This document shows positions 38,281 through 49,140 of a DNA stretch of 64,000 bases, one piece after another. Each line of letters begins with the position of its first letter. The first letter of the stretch is position 1. The stretch comes from an uncultured Candidatus Rokubacteria bacterium (GTDB taxonomy: Bacteria > Methylomirabilota > Methylomirabilia > Rokubacteriales > DASRDR01). The stretch covers positions 32,001 through 96,000 of the forward strand of contig CAVPSB010000030.1 of NCBI GenBank assembly GCA_963708025.1, in the 5' to 3' direction. Position numbers and translations under genes: made by a program. Below the pieces are notes generated by a model, which was given only the letters and a program-made list of their open reading frames with translations, ran no database searches and was not told the DNA's origin.

Positions 38281-39841
38281 ATGGCTGACATGCTGGGTGC
38301 GCAGAATCCCCTGACGGCCGGGCTGCTGCCGACGCTCATCCCCCAGCCGTGCACGCTGGTCATCTTCGGCGGCGCCGGCGACCTGAGCCGGCGCAAGCTG
38401 CTGCCTGCCGTGTACAACCTGTCCCTCGACGGCTTGCTCCCCGCCAACTTCGCCGTGGTCGGCTTCTCCAAGTCCGAGATCGGATGACGCGGCCTTCCGC
38501 GCCTTCGCCCGCGAGGGCGTGGAGCAAGTTCTCGCGACGGCCGATCGAGGAGACGTCGTGGGAGGAATACTCGCGCCTGCTCTTCTACGTGCCCGGCAGC
38601 TTCGACGACCCCGGGCCTACGTCGAGCTGCGGCGCCGGCTGGAGAAGATCGAGGGCGAGCTGCGGCATCCCCGGCAACCGCGTCTTCTACCTCTCCATTC
38701 CGCCGAGCCTCGATCGGGACCTGCGTGAACCAGCTCGAGGCCGCGGGATTCGTGGCCGACCCGCAGGAGGGGCCGACCTCGCGCATCATCGTCGAGAAGC
38801 CGATCGGCCGCGACCTGGCCAGCGCACGCGCCATCAACGCCACCCTGGCCCGCGCCGTTCGACGAGAGCCAGATCTTCCGCATCGACCACTACCTCGGCA
38901 AGGAGACGGTCCAGAACATCCTGGTCCTGCGCTTCGCCAACTCCATCTTCGAGCCGCTGTGGAACCCGAAGTACGTCGACCACGTGCAGATCACGGTGGT
39001 CCGAGGAGGAAGGCGTCGGCACGCGCGCCGGCTACTACGAGGAGGCGGGCGCGCTGCGCGACATGGTGCAGAACCACATCCTGCAGCTCCTGTGCCTGAT
39101 CGCGATGGAGCCGCCGTGGTCGCTCGACCCCGGACGTCGTGCGCGACGCACAAGCTGGAGGTGCTGCACTGCCTGCGCCCGATCGCGCGGCGCCGACGTC
39201 GAGCAGCACGTGCGTGCGCGCGCAGTACGGGCCGGGCTACCACCACGGCGTCGAGGTGCCCGGGCTACCGGCGCGAGGACGGCGTGACGCCCGACTCGAC
39301 CACCGAGACCTACGTCGCGCTCAAGGTGCTTCATCGACAACTGGCGCTGGGCGGGCGTGCCGTTCTACCTGCGCACCGGCAAGCGCCTGCCGAAGCGCGC
39401 CAGCGAGATCGCGGTCCAGTTCAAGGACGGTGCCGCCGATCCTCTTCAACGTCGACCGCGACGCGCCGCTCGAGCCGAACGTGCTGACGCTGCGCATCCA
39501 GCCCGACGAGGGCATCTCGCTCGCGCATCGTCGTCGAAGCTGCCCGGGCCGAAGGTGCGCATCTATCCCGTCAAGATGGACTTCCGCTACGGCACGACCT
39601 TCGGCGAGTCAGTCGCCCGAGGCCTACGAGCGGCTGCTGCTCGACGTCATGGCCGGCGACGCCACGCTGTTCATGCGCCGCGACGCGGTCGAGGCGTCGT
39701 GGACGTGGGTGACGGCCATCCTCGAGGCGTGGGAGGCGAGTCGGCATCCGCTTGCTGCCGGAGTACCCCGCGGGCAGCTGGGGGCCGATCGAGGCCGACC
39801 GGCTCATCGAGACCGACGGCCGCAGGTGGCGGACACTGTGA
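38281..39841 (+). CDS. zwf: Glucose-6-phosphate 1-dehydrogenase with many indels (probable assembly errors)
   Basis: [50 protein letters not shown], spread over shifting frames. Confidence 0.9.
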
Positions 39842-39857
39842 GGGCGGAAGGGCCGCG

Positions 39858-40967
39858 ATGAGCCCCACTACGCTGGTCGCCGAGCCACCGCGCACGGTGC
39901 GCGTCAGCGCCGTCGAGCACGAGCTGGCGCGACCCTGGCGTCATCCCGACGCGTCGCCCGACGAGGCGCCGGCCTCCCGGGCCCTGATGGCCAACCTCGT
40001 CATCTTCTGCCGCAGCGACGCCGAGGCCGCCGACGTGACCGGCAACATCGCCACCATCGTGCCGCGCCATCCCTCGCGGGTGATCCTGCTGGTCGCCGAC
40101 CCGTCCAGCGACGCCGGCGAGATCACCGCGTCGGTGGCGATCCACGGCCGTCTGATGGACGGTTCGCAGCACGTGTGCGGCGAGGTCATCACGCTGCGCG
40201 CGGGCGCCCCCGCCCTCCGCAGCCTGCCCGCGACCGTCCGGTCCCTCCTGCTCGGCGACCTGCCCACCGCGCTCTGGTGGGCGACTCCCGACGCGCCGCC
40301 GCTGGCCGGCGAGCTCTTCACCGACCTGGCCCAGCTCGCCGACCAGATCATCTACGACAGCTTCGCCTGGACGGATCCGCTGCGGCAGCTCGTCGTCACC
40401 GCCGGCTGGATCACCGGCGCCGCTGCCAGCGTTACGTCAGACCTGGCCTGGCGGCGGCCCAAGCTGTGGCGGCGCATCCTGGCCCAGTCGCTCGATGCCG
40501 GCCTGGCACCCGGCGCGTTCGACAACATCAGTGAGGTCCACATCGAGCACGGCCCGCACACGCTGACCCAGGCGTGGCTCCTCACTGGCTGGCTCGCCTT
40601 CCGCCTGGGCTGGCAGCCGCGCGGGGGCAAGGTGCTCCCGGGCCCCGAGGTGTCGTGGTCGTTCCAGTGGGCGCACGGCTCGCCGCGCGTGCAGATCAAA
40701 CGGCTGGCCGAGGGCGTGTCGGACATCCGCGCCATCCGCATTGTCACCAAGGTCGGCAGCCGCGCCGTCACCTTCCGGTTCCAGCTCTCGGAACCAGGCC
40801 ACGCCAGCGTCATCGCCGACGGACTCTCCGACCGAGTCCTCACCATGACCGCGCCGGTGCAGTCGCGGGCGGAGCTGGTGGCGCGGCAGCTGCCCGACAT
40901 CGCGCGTGACCGGCTCTTCCAGTCGAGCGTGGCGCTGGCGCGCACGATGGCCGAGGCGGTGCTGTGA
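39858..40967 (+). CDS. opcA: G6PDH assembly protein OpcA
   Basis: [32 protein letters not shown]; follows zwf. Confidence 0.85.
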   Translation: MSPTTLVAEPPRTVRVSAVEHELARPWRHPDASPDEAPASRALMANLVIFCRSDAEAADVTGNIATIVPRHPSRVILLVADPSSDAGEITASVAIHGRLMDGSQHVCGEVITLRAGAPALRSLPATVRSLLLGDLPTALWWATPDAPPLAGELFTDLAQLADQIIYDSFAWTDPLRQLVVTAGWITGAAASVTSDLAWRRPKLWRRILAQSLDAGLAPGAFDNISEVHIEHGPHTLTQAWLLTGWLAFRLGWQPRGGKVLPGPEVSWSFQWAHGSPRVQIKRLAEGVSDIRAIRIVTKVGSRAVTFRFQLSEPGHASVIADGLSDRVLTMTAPVQSRAELVARQLPDIARDRLFQSSVALARTMAEAVL

Positions 40968-41902
40968 AGTCGCCTGCACCGCCACGGATCCGGGTCCTCG
41001 TGAGCGGCAGCTCCGGATTGATCGGCTCCGCGCTGCTTCCACGCCTGGCCAGCATGGACTGGTCGGTCACCCGGCTCATCCGCTCGAAGCCGGGCCGCGG
41101 CGAGGCCGCCATAGCCTGGGATCCTGCCGGCGGCACCATCGACGCCGGCGCCATCGACGGGTTCGACGCGGTCGTGCACCTGGCTGCCGAGAACCTGGGT
41201 GGCGAGCGCTGGAATCACGGCAAGAAGGCGCGCATCCGTGACAGCCGCGTCGGAGGCACGCGGTTGCTCGTCGCCGCTCTGGCCGCCCGCGCCCGCCGCC
41301 CGCGCACACTCGTCACCGCGTCGGCCACCTCGTACTACGGGGACCGGGGCGCCCGGTGGGTTAACGAGACGACTCCCGCCGGCAGCGGCTTCCTCGCCCA
41401 CGTATGCCGCGACGGAGAGGCGGCCGCCGAGGGGGCGGCATGGCGAGGGCTCCGCGTCGTCCATCTCCGGTTCGGTGCGGTGCTGAGCGCACGGGGAGGC
41501 GCGCTGGCGGCGCTGCTGCAGCCGTTCCGGCAGGGGCTGGGCGGTCCGATCGGGTCCGGGGACCAGTACGTGAGCTGGGTCGCCATCGACGACGCGGTGG
41601 CGGCGATCCTGCACGCCGTCCGGACACGGAGCGTGCACGGGCCCGTCAACGTCGTCGCACCCGATCCGGTGACGAACCGGGAGTTCGTCGAAACGCTCGG
41701 ACGCGTGATCGGTCGGAAGGCAGGGGCTGGGATGCCAGCCTTCGCCGCCCGGCTGCTGCTGGGCGAGATGGTGGACGAAGTGATCCTGCCGAGCATCCGG
41801 GTCCGACCGACCCGGCTCCTCGAGACCCGCTTCACGTTCCGCCATCCAAGGCTGGAAGACGCGCTTCGGGCGCTGCTCGGAGACGCGGCGGGCTCGGGGT
41901 GA
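40964..41902 (+). CDS. TIGR01777/YfcH-like NAD-dependent epimerase
   Basis: [39 protein letters not shown]. Confidence 0.9.
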   Translation: MKSPAPPRIRVLVSGSSGLIGSALLPRLASMDWSVTRLIRSKPGRGEAAIAWDPAGGTIDAGAIDGFDAVVHLAAENLGGERWNHGKKARIRDSRVGGTRLLVAALAARARRPRTLVTASATSYYGDRGARWVNETTPAGSGFLAHVCRDGEAAAEGAAWRGLRVVHLRFGAVLSARGGALAALLQPFRQGLGGPIGSGDQYVSWVAIDDAVAAILHAVRTRSVHGPVNVVAPDPVTNREFVETLGRVIGRKAGAGMPAFAARLLLGEMVDEVILPSIRVRPTRLLETRFTFRHPRLEDALRALLGDAAGSG

Positions 41903-42108
41903 GATGGCCGACACCCTTCGGCGGACAATCGCGACGGTGATCACGGCGCCGAGCCGGCCCACCACGCGAGGCGAGTGCGTAGACGAAGGTTCACGGGCGC
42001 GTCGCGCGGAGTCTGCGACGCTGCGGCGACGTCGAGTCAGAGAGGAGATTCCCATGGACCGCTCCTCCGACCCCGAGAGCGTCGTAGCCAACGACTCATG
42101 CTGACGGG

Positions 42109-42555
42109 ATGCCCGACGTGACGAGCGAGGACCGTCGCACGCTGGTCCGAGATCTGATGACTCCCAACCCCGTCGTGGTCCATACCGAGGACGACGCCGA
42201 ACAGCTGCTTGACCTCTTCGAGCGGCGGGACTTCAACGCGGTTCCGGTCGTGGATGGCGAAGGAAACCTAATCGGGGTCGTGACGAAGTTGAGCTTGCTG
42301 CGCCTGTTTCACGGAGCGGCGGACCGCGGATCCGCCGGCCCTACGGCATCGCCAACGCTGCGGGTGAGCGATATCATGGACACGCGCACTGTTTCGGTGG
42401 ATCCCGCGGATTCCCTCGACGCTCTAGTGAAGCAGATGACGCGGAATCGCGTGCGGAGCGTCCCGGTGGTCGAGCGATCACGAAGCCGTCGCCGGCTGGT
42501 TGGCATCGTGAGCCGCGGCGACTTGCTACGGGGCCTCGCCAGGGGCCACGCCTAA
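42109..42555 (+). CDS. CBS-domain protein
   Basis: VRDLMT, VPVVD...LIGVVT, VSDIMD, LVGIVSRGDL. Confidence 0.85.
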   Translation: MPDVTSEDRRTLVRDLMTPNPVVVHTEDDAEQLLDLFERRDFNAVPVVDGEGNLIGVVTKLSLLRLFHGAADRGSAGPTASPTLRVSDIMDTRTVSVDPADSLDALVKQMTRNRVRSVPVVERSRSRRRLVGIVSRGDLLRGLARGHA

Positions 42556-42645
42556 AGGGGGTTCGGACGGGCGAGCCGGGCCTCGGCCGATTCTCGATGC
42601 GGCGCTCGGCCCTCGCCCCCGGGGAATCGCCCGGCTAGTCTGAAG

Positions 42646-43719
42646 TTAGGCGTCGGCGGCGATGAACCGGTCGAGCCGTTCCCGGGCGACGTCGTCCGGC
42701 CACTGCTCGGGCGGCGCCTTCATGAGATAGGCGGATGGAGCGAGCAGGGCCCCCTTGACGCCCCGGTCGAGGGCGATCCGGCAGCACCGGATGGCATCGA
42801 CGACGACTCCCGCCGAATTGGGGGAGTCCCACACCTCGAGCTTCAGCTCGACGGTGATCGGCTGATCGCCGAAGCCGCGTCCCTCGAGCCGGATGTGGGC
42901 CCACTTCCGGTCCTCGAGCCACGGCACATAGTCACTCGGTCCGATGTGGACGGCGGTCTCCGGCAGGTCGTGGCGCAGCTCGGCGCGGACGGCGTCGGTC
43001 TTCGACATCTTCTTCGACGCGAGCCGCTCCCGCTCCAGCATGTTGTAGAAGTCGGTATTCCCCCCGACGTTGAGCTGGCTGGTACGCTCCAGGCGCACGC
43101 CGCGGTCCATGAAGAGCCGGGTGAGCGCGCGATGCACGATCGTCGCGCCGACCTGCGACTTGACGTCGTCTCCCACGACCGGCAGCGCCGCCTCCTCGAA
43201 GCGCCGCCGCCAGTAGGCCTCCCGGGCGATGAACACCGGGATACAGTTCACGAAGCCGCAGCCGGCGTCGAGGACCTGCTCGACGTACCACTTGGTCGCC
43301 ATCTCGCTCCCGACCGGGAGGAAGTTCACGACGACGTCGGTGCGCGTATCCCGGAGGATGCCGGCGATGTCCGCGGTCGAACCCGGCGCCTTCCGGATCA
43401 GGCGCGAGAGATACTGGCCGAGCCCGTCGTGCGTCATCCCGCGCTGAACGGGGACCTCGAGCCGAGGCACGTCGGCGAACCGCACCGTGTTGTTCGGCGG
43501 GGCGAAGATCGCCTCGCCGAGGTCGCGCCCGACCTTCTGCTCGTCGATGTCGAACGCGGCCGAGAACTCGATGTCGCCGACGTGGTACTCGCCGAGCCGC
43601 GGACGCATCAGACCGGGGATGAATCCTTGCTCGGGTGCCGATCGATAGTAGTGAACACCCTGGACGAGAGCCGAGGCGCAGTTCCCGATGCCGATGATCG
43701 CGACGCGGACCTTCGGCAT
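42646..43719 (-). CDS. ino1: myo-inositol-1(3)-phosphate synthase
   Basis: [48 protein letters not shown]. Confidence 0.95.
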   Translation of the reverse strand: MPKVRVAIIGIGNCASALVQGVHYYRSAPEQGFIPGLMRPRLGEYHVGDIEFSAAFDIDEQKVGRDLGEAIFAPPNNTVRFADVPRLEVPVQRGMTHDGLGQYLSRLIRKAPGSTADIAGILRDTRTDVVVNFLPVGSEMATKWYVEQVLDAGCGFVNCIPVFIAREAYWRRRFEEAALPVVGDDVKSQVGATIVHRALTRLFMDRGVRLERTSQLNVGGNTDFYNMLERERLASKKMSKTDAVRAELRHDLPETAVHIGPSDYVPWLEDRKWAHIRLEGRGFGDQPITVELKLEVWDSPNSAGVVVDAIRCCRIALDRGVKGALLAPSAYLMKAPPEQWPDDVARERLDRFIAADA

Positions 43720-43721
43720 TG

Positions 43722-44321
43722 CTACTCCGCCCCCGCCCGCCCGCTCTCTTTCCGCCGCCCGCGCCCCGGCCGCGATGCAGCCCGCGCACGGGGTGCCGAC
43801 TTCACAGGTCGCGAAGCCGGGTTCACACGCTTGGCGCCCTGCATGGCGGCCCGGACCGTCAGCCGCACCGCTCGACCGGCGGCCGTGCCGATCCGGTCGG
43901 CGGCCTCGATCGCCCCCTGGCCGGCCTTTCGAGCGGCTGCCCCGACGTCGGCCCCGATGTCCTGGGCCGCCTGAATCGTGCCCTCGACGGCCTTCCGCGC
44001 GACAGCGCCCACGTCGCCGCCGACCTCGCCGGCCGCCCGGACCGCCCCCCGGGCCGCGGACTGGGCTACCATCCCGAGGTCGCCGCCGATCGCGTACGCG
44101 GCCCGGATGGCCCCGCGGACCGTCGCCACCGCGGTGAGGCCCAGTTCACTCCCAACGTCGCGCGCGCCCGACACGGCGGTGACCAGCGTGTTCCGGACCA
44201 GGTTCAGCACGCCCACCGAAATGATCTCGCCACCGGTGAACGTGCGGCGGATCGCCCGCTGCACCGCACCGGCGTCCTGGCCGGGCTCGCGCTGCGGCCG
44301 GCCCTTTCGCTTGGTCGCCAT
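43722..44321 (-). CDS. 22-aa helical-repeat protein with Arg/Lys-rich tail, copy 3
   Basis: [24 protein letters not shown]...[19 protein letters not shown]; close paralog of copy 1; 2 nt upstream of ino1. Confidence 0.88.
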   Translation of the reverse strand: MATKRKGRPQREPGQDAGAVQRAIRRTFTGGEIISVGVLNLVRNTLVTAVSGARDVGSELGLTAVATVRGAIRAAYAIGGDLGMVAQSAARGAVRAAGEVGGDVGAVARKAVEGTIQAAQDIGADVGAAARKAGQGAIEAADRIGTAAGRAVRLTVRAAMQGAKRVNPASRPVKSAPRARAASRPGRGRRKESGRAGAE

Positions 44322-44570
44322 CAAGTCCTCCCTCTCGCAGCCGCAACGCGGCGGACCACACCGTGGAGCCCATGCCAGATGCGGCCATTCGGACGGCCGC
44401 CGGGTGGAAAACGCGGGGTGAGCAGGAACATCGCGGCGGTGGCGTGACCCAGGACGAACACGAGTGGGTGACGTCCCATCCGAAAGCCCTCCGACGACTG
44501 AGATGACAATCGGCTCGAGGGCCCGCAGCTTGGCGGGCAGCCTCAGTGCGCCGCGCGGGACCCTTCATCC

Positions 44571-44614
44571 AGTGTAGGGACCGTTGGCAAAAGACTACGT
44601 TACGAAAGGGTTAC
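44571..44614 (-). promoter_or_regulatory. Pho-box-like pair and -10 for repeat protein-ino1
   Basis: GTAAC-cctttc-GTAAC, 22 nt, TACACT. Confidence 0.65.
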
Positions 44615-44733
44615 GATCCGGGCTTCCCGACGCACCCCGAGGCCGGTGCGGCGCACAGGCCCAGATGTATCGGCGCCGTCATCGAGAAGCAATCGAGCGC
44701 CGGTACGCTGGCCCTATCGACGGGAGGCCCGAG

Positions 44734-45165
44734 ATGAAAGCGATACGCCCGGCCGGGACCGCGCATGCCGCGCCCCAGACCCTCGCCGTGATCGCTCACG
44801 ACAACAAGAAGGTTGACATGGTCGCGTGGGCGACCTTCAACCGTGACACGCTGGGCCGCTTTCGGCTGCTGGCCACCCGCCACACCGCCCGGCTCGTCCG
44901 GGACAAGATCGGGCTCCCGGTCGACGAACTGCTCAGCGGCGCGGAAGGCGGCGACGCTCAGATCGCCGCCCTCGTGGCCACCGGCGAGATCGATGCGGTG
45001 TTCTTCTTCGTCGATCCGCTCTGCGCGCTGCCTCACGACCCGGACGTTCGCGCCCTGCTGCGGGTCTGCAACGTCCACAACGTGCCACTGGCCACGAACC
45101 TGGCCACCGCGGATCTGATCATCGCCGCGCTGTCCGGGGCCGAGCCCGTCGTCCTGCGCGAATAG
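44734..45165 (+). CDS. mgsA: Methylglyoxal synthase
   Basis: IAHDNKK, SGAEGGDAQI, FFVDP, PHDPDV, PLATNLATAD. Confidence 0.93.
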   Translation: MKAIRPAGTAHAAPQTLAVIAHDNKKVDMVAWATFNRDTLGRFRLLATRHTARLVRDKIGLPVDELLSGAEGGDAQIAALVATGEIDAVFFFVDPLCALPHDPDVRALLRVCNVHNVPLATNLATADLIIAALSGAEPVVLRE

Positions 45166-45676
45166 AGCGGCGCCCGACGACTCCGCTTCGGCGGCCGGAG
45201 ACGGGCTGGTGCGGAACGCGGTGTCGGCGACCTCCGGCGGCCCGATCACCGTCTGCGCGAACTCTGAGCCGAGGAATGACGATGGCCGATGAACCCGTGG
45301 CGGCGCCTGGGAACAGCTGCCTCCGCACGAGATCATCCCGTCGATTCTCGGGTAGCCGATTCTGGTCGGCATCCGGGTTCGGTCGCGAGCGAAGCTGAGC
45401 CCGTATTTGCAGATTTGATCTCTCGAATCGCCACCACGCACGACCACGGAACGAAGACTCGAAGCCCGCCTGACATCTCCTCTGACTGCCCCCACCGCCG
45501 TCCGTCCTCGCGACAACCCCGGCAGGGTGGCCGAGATCGACGAGCGTGCACGCGAGCGCGACGACGGGTGCTCCCGGTTGCCGAAGGACCGCCGGATCCA
45601 GAAGGTGCGGAGACCACGCACACTTCTCGATCCACGTCCGGTCAACAACGAGCTCGATCCGGTCACCCGCTTTCAT
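45119..45676 (-). CDS. Hypothetical protein (3' extent doubtful, overlaps mgsA)
   Basis: ATG 45676 lies about 50 nt after a Pho-type promoter; MKAGDRIELVVDRTW start. Confidence 0.35.
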   Translation of the reverse strand: MKAGDRIELVVDRTWIEKCAWSPHLLDPAVLRQPGAPVVALACTLVDLGHPAGVVARTDGGGGSQRRCQAGFESSFRGRAWWRFERSNLQIRAQLRSRPNPDADQNRLPENRRDDLVRRQLFPGAATGSSAIVIPRLRVRADGDRAAGGRRHRVPHQPVSGRRSGVVGRRSIRAGRRARPRTARR

Positions 45677-45734
45677 GGTCTTCGCCGATGAACGTGATGG
45701 CGGGCGATGCCCTCGCCGCTCGACGGGCGGAAGC

Positions 45735-45777
45735 AGCCTACCTGGCGAAGGTTACGACGCCATCACTTGCTCGTTAC
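45735..45777 (-). promoter_or_regulatory. Pho-box array and -10
   Basis: GTAAC-N6-GTGAT-N6-GTAAC-N10-TAGGCT. Confidence 0.7.
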
Positions 45778-46025
45778 AAGATTGCGGCGGTTGCGCGCTT
45801 CTCGACCACCCGCGTGAAGTCTGTCGGCTCGAAGCGGCGGTCGCTATGTTCCCGAGCAGGTCGGTATTACCCAGGGTTTCGCGAACTCCGCGCTCCCCTG
45901 CCAGGTGGACTGTGCGGTGAGGCCTTGGTTGTAGTGACGAGCGTGTGGCGCGCTTCGACCCCCGCTCGGCGTGGTAAGCTCCCAAGCTGTCCTCGGACAA
46001 CCTCCGCTCGCGTGGGAAGGCGGCC

Positions 46026-46229
46026 ATGGCCCAGGGATCGGCTCCCGATCTCGCTCGGATGATCGAAGGGCGTGACTTCGTCGCGCTCCACGAGATGCTC
46101 AAGCACTGGTCGCCGCCGACCGCGGCGCGCCTCATCGAAGGTCTCGCCGTGGAACAGCAGGCCGTTGCCTTCCGGGCGCGAGTTCGCGGCTCGTGGTCGA
46201 GTCCTGCCGCTGGAGCGGAGCAGCGCTGA
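46026..46229 (+). pseudogene. mgtE: N-terminal fragment of an MgtE magnesium transporter
   Basis: PDLARMIEGRDFVALHEMLKHWSPPTAARLIEGLAVEQQAVAFR resembles MgtE_N; similarity stops after about 50 aa. Confidence 0.55.
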
Positions 46230-47138
46230 AGGTCTGCCGAGCAGGGAGGAGCGCGACGTCGAACGGGGTGGCACCGGGGCGCTGTCACGTTGACCGATCG
46301 CCTGGGTGCTCCCGTGTCTGCCCTCAGACGTGCTCGGGCCGGACATCGGACAATTCGATCCGGGTCTGTCCCGACGCCGGCCCTCCACCGGATGGCCTCG
46401 TGGCCGAGGCCTGCCCGGAGTGCGGGATCACCATGGAGTTCAAGATGCCACATCCGGATCCGCCGGCCGATCGCGTCGAGACGAGGGTCGCGCGATCGCA
46501 CCGACAGACGTTCGGCGTGCAGCACGTCGTCGAGTCAGCCGCCTACCCGGGAGCGCGCCACGCTCGGTGAGGCGCGGATCCGAGCTCAACGGAGATGCCC
46601 CGGCGCTAGGGGTTGGCAGGTCGTGTCTGGTGTCACGGAGCGAGCTTGCACTGCCAGCAAAGGAGACCTTTCGCGGGCGACGTGCCGGGCCTGCGCGGGA
46701 GGGCATCGGACACCGAGATCACGGCGGAGACGCCGTGGTGCGGCATCGTCTCGAGCCGGCCGGACCGCGGGAAGGCCGGCACGGTCAACGCAGCAGTGGG
46801 AGCCGGCCGGGCGCCAGCGGCCCCGTCGTCGAAACGTGACGGCGTCGTCATCCGATCGCAGGCGGCGCTGGCTATGGTAGCGCTGGAACGACGTGGGTCG
46901 AAATGGCCGGCCGCCAGACTACCGACGCTGGATCCGAACACGATCGGCGACCAGAGGGGTGCGTGGTGGTCGCGGGTTCGCCGCCGATCGCGGACGTGAC
47001 CTCCTTCCCCCTGAGCTGCCGGGAGGCGCTCGCGCGATGCTGCCTCGGCATCGCGGACTGAGTCGAGACACCGAGCCGACCCGGTCACCGGTCGCACGGT
47101 GTCCGGATCGGCCGCCGGGCCGGTATCGGAGTTAGCCG

Positions 47139-48230
47139 ATGACCACGGCCAGGGCGGGGGTGCTGGAGGTCCCGGGCGCGCCGTTCGGGCTGCGGGAGTA
47201 CCCGCTCCGGGATCCGGGGCCGGGCGAGGCGTTGGTCCGCGTGCGCCTGGCCACCATCTGCCGTTCCGACGTCCACACCTGGGCGGGGCGACGTCCCGGC
47301 CCGCTGCCCACGATCCTGGGCCACGAGATCACGGGGACCGTGGCCGCGCTCGGACCCCGGATGGAGCGCGACCTTCGCGGCGACCCGCTGGCGGTCGGAG
47401 ACCCGGTCACCTGGACGCTGTGCGTCTCGTGTGGGGGCTGTTACTACTGTCGCGATCGGGGGCTGCCCCAGAAGTGCGTGTCCCTTCGGAAGTACGGGCA
47501 CGAGAGCGCCTCCGAGGCCCCTCATCTGCTGGGCGGATTCGCGGAGTACTGCTACCTCTTGCCCGGCACCGGGATCGTGCGCCTGCCCCCGGGCCTGGCC
47601 GCCGAGGAGGCGGCGCCGCTGAACTGCGGCGCCGCGACGATGGTCGCCGCGGTCGAGGCGGCCGACATCGGAGCCGGCGACACCGTGGTGGTCCTCGGTC
47701 TCGGCCTGCTCGGTCTGTACGCGGTCGCCCTGGCCCGCGCCCGGCGAGCCGGCCGGGTGATCGCGCTCGATGGGATGGCGTCCCGCCGAGCGCTGGGCGA
47801 GCGGTTCACGGCCGACGTGGTCCTGGACCCGGCGGCGCTCGGGCCGGACGCCACGGTGGCCCGGGTGCGGGCGCTCGCGCCACCGGATGGAGCCGACGCG
47901 GTGATCGAGGCGGCCGGCGACCCCGCGCTGGTGCCTCTCGGGCTGCGGATGCTTCGCAAGGGCGGTCGCGCCGTCGTCACCGGCCTCGTCTTCCCCGGCG
48001 CCGCCCTCACCTTCGATGGGGATCTGCTGGTCCGCCACGCGCTCACGCTGCGCGGGGTTCACAACTATCTGCCGAGGCACCTGGTGGAAGCCGTCGACTT
48101 CGCGGCACGGCACGGAGCCTGTCTCCCGCTGCGTGACCTGGTTGACTCCCGGTTTCCGCTGGACCGCCTCGACGAGGCCTTCCAGGCCGCCGCCGAGCGC
48201 CGAGCGCTCCGGGTCGGGGTGGTGCCGTAG
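47139..48230 (+). CDS. Zn-dependent alcohol dehydrogenase, phosphonate-catabolism-associated (TIGR03366-like)
   Basis: ICRSDVH, LGHE, CGGCYYC...C, KYGHE, GLGLLG, GVHNY; adjacent to phnC. Confidence 0.85.
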   Translation: MTTARAGVLEVPGAPFGLREYPLRDPGPGEALVRVRLATICRSDVHTWAGRRPGPLPTILGHEITGTVAALGPRMERDLRGDPLAVGDPVTWTLCVSCGGCYYCRDRGLPQKCVSLRKYGHESASEAPHLLGGFAEYCYLLPGTGIVRLPPGLAAEEAAPLNCGAATMVAAVEAADIGAGDTVVVLGLGLLGLYAVALARARRAGRVIALDGMASRRALGERFTADVVLDPAALGPDATVARVRALAPPDGADAVIEAAGDPALVPLGLRMLRKGGRAVVTGLVFPGAALTFDGDLLVRHALTLRGVHNYLPRHLVEAVDFAARHGACLPLRDLVDSRFPLDRLDEAFQAAAERRALRVGVVP

Positions 48231-48253
48231 GACGAGCGCCCCGTGGCGGCAAC

Positions 48254-48296
48254 TTCACGGAATCGTCACGGCTTCTCAACCATCGGACGATAGGGT
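48254..48296 (+). promoter_or_regulatory. Pho-box array and -10 for phnCED
   Basis: TTCAC-N6-GTCAC-N6-TCAAC-N10-TAGGGT. Confidence 0.75.
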
Positions 48297-48306
48297 CTCG
48301 GCAGCC

Positions 48307-49140
48307 ATGGCGATCGGTGTGTCTCCCGCCATCACGCTGGACCGGGTCAGCCGGACGTTCGGGGCCACCCGGGCGCTCGACCGGATCTCGCTGCACATCC
48401 CGCCGGGGCAATTCGTCGCGGTGATCGGCCGCTCGGGCGCCGGCAAGACGACCCTGCTTCGGTGTCTGGCGGCGGCCACGCCGCCGACGGAAGGGAGGAT
48501 CCGCGTGGGAGAGGTCGACCTCGCGACCCTCGGCAGCCCCCAGCTCCGCGTCTACCGGGCCCACGTCGCGATGATCTACCAGCAGTTCAACCTGGTGCGG
48601 CGGCTCGGTGTCCTCGACAACGTGCTGGCCGGTCGTCTCGCGCACCAGGGCGGGTGGCGGGACCGGCGACACTGGATGGCGCTGCTCCGGTGGTTCACCC
48701 TGGCCGAGCGGGGCGTCGCCCTCCGGTGTCTCGACCACGTCGGGCTCCTCGACCGGGCGTGGCAGCGCACCGACACCCTCTCCGGTGGCGAGCAGCAACG
48801 GGTGGCGATCGCCCGCGCCCTGGCCCAGGCGCCGGGGTTGATCCTCGCCGACGAGCCGGTGGCGAGTCTGGATCAGATCAACGGCACCCAGGTACTGGAG
48901 ACCTTGCGCGACACGGCCTCGGTGGCCGGGCTGACGGTGGTCGCCACGCTCCACCACCTGGACTACGCGCGACGGTACGCCGACCGGATCGTAGCCCTGG
49001 CGGGGGGGCGCCTGGTGTTCGACGGAGCGCCGGCGGACCTGACCGACGCCGGCGTGAGCCGCATCCTGGACGAGGCGACGCGGACCCCGACTCCCGCGGC
49101 GCCGGCGGTCCTGGCCCGGGCGGGGTGGGCGGCATCGTGA
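48307..49140 (+). CDS. phnC: Phosphonate ABC transporter ATPase
   Basis: [44 protein letters not shown]. Confidence 0.92.
   Translation: MAIGVSPAITLDRVSRTFGATRALDRISLHIPPGQFVAVIGRSGAGKTTLLRCLAAATPPTEGRIRVGEVDLATLGSPQLRVYRAHVAMIYQQFNLVRRLGVLDNVLAGRLAHQGGWRDRRHWMALLRWFTLAERGVALRCLDHVGLLDRAWQRTDTLSGGEQQRVAIARALAQAPGLILADEPVASLDQINGTQVLETLRDTASVAGLTVVATLHHLDYARRYADRIVALAGGRLVFDGAPADLTDAGVSRILDEATRTPTPAAPAVLARAGWAAS

Noticed and set aside
46613-46999. Possible GT2 glycosyltransferase remnant (DTEI...RGKAGTVNAAV)
   Set aside because: Similarity too weak to support by eye; needs BLASTX.
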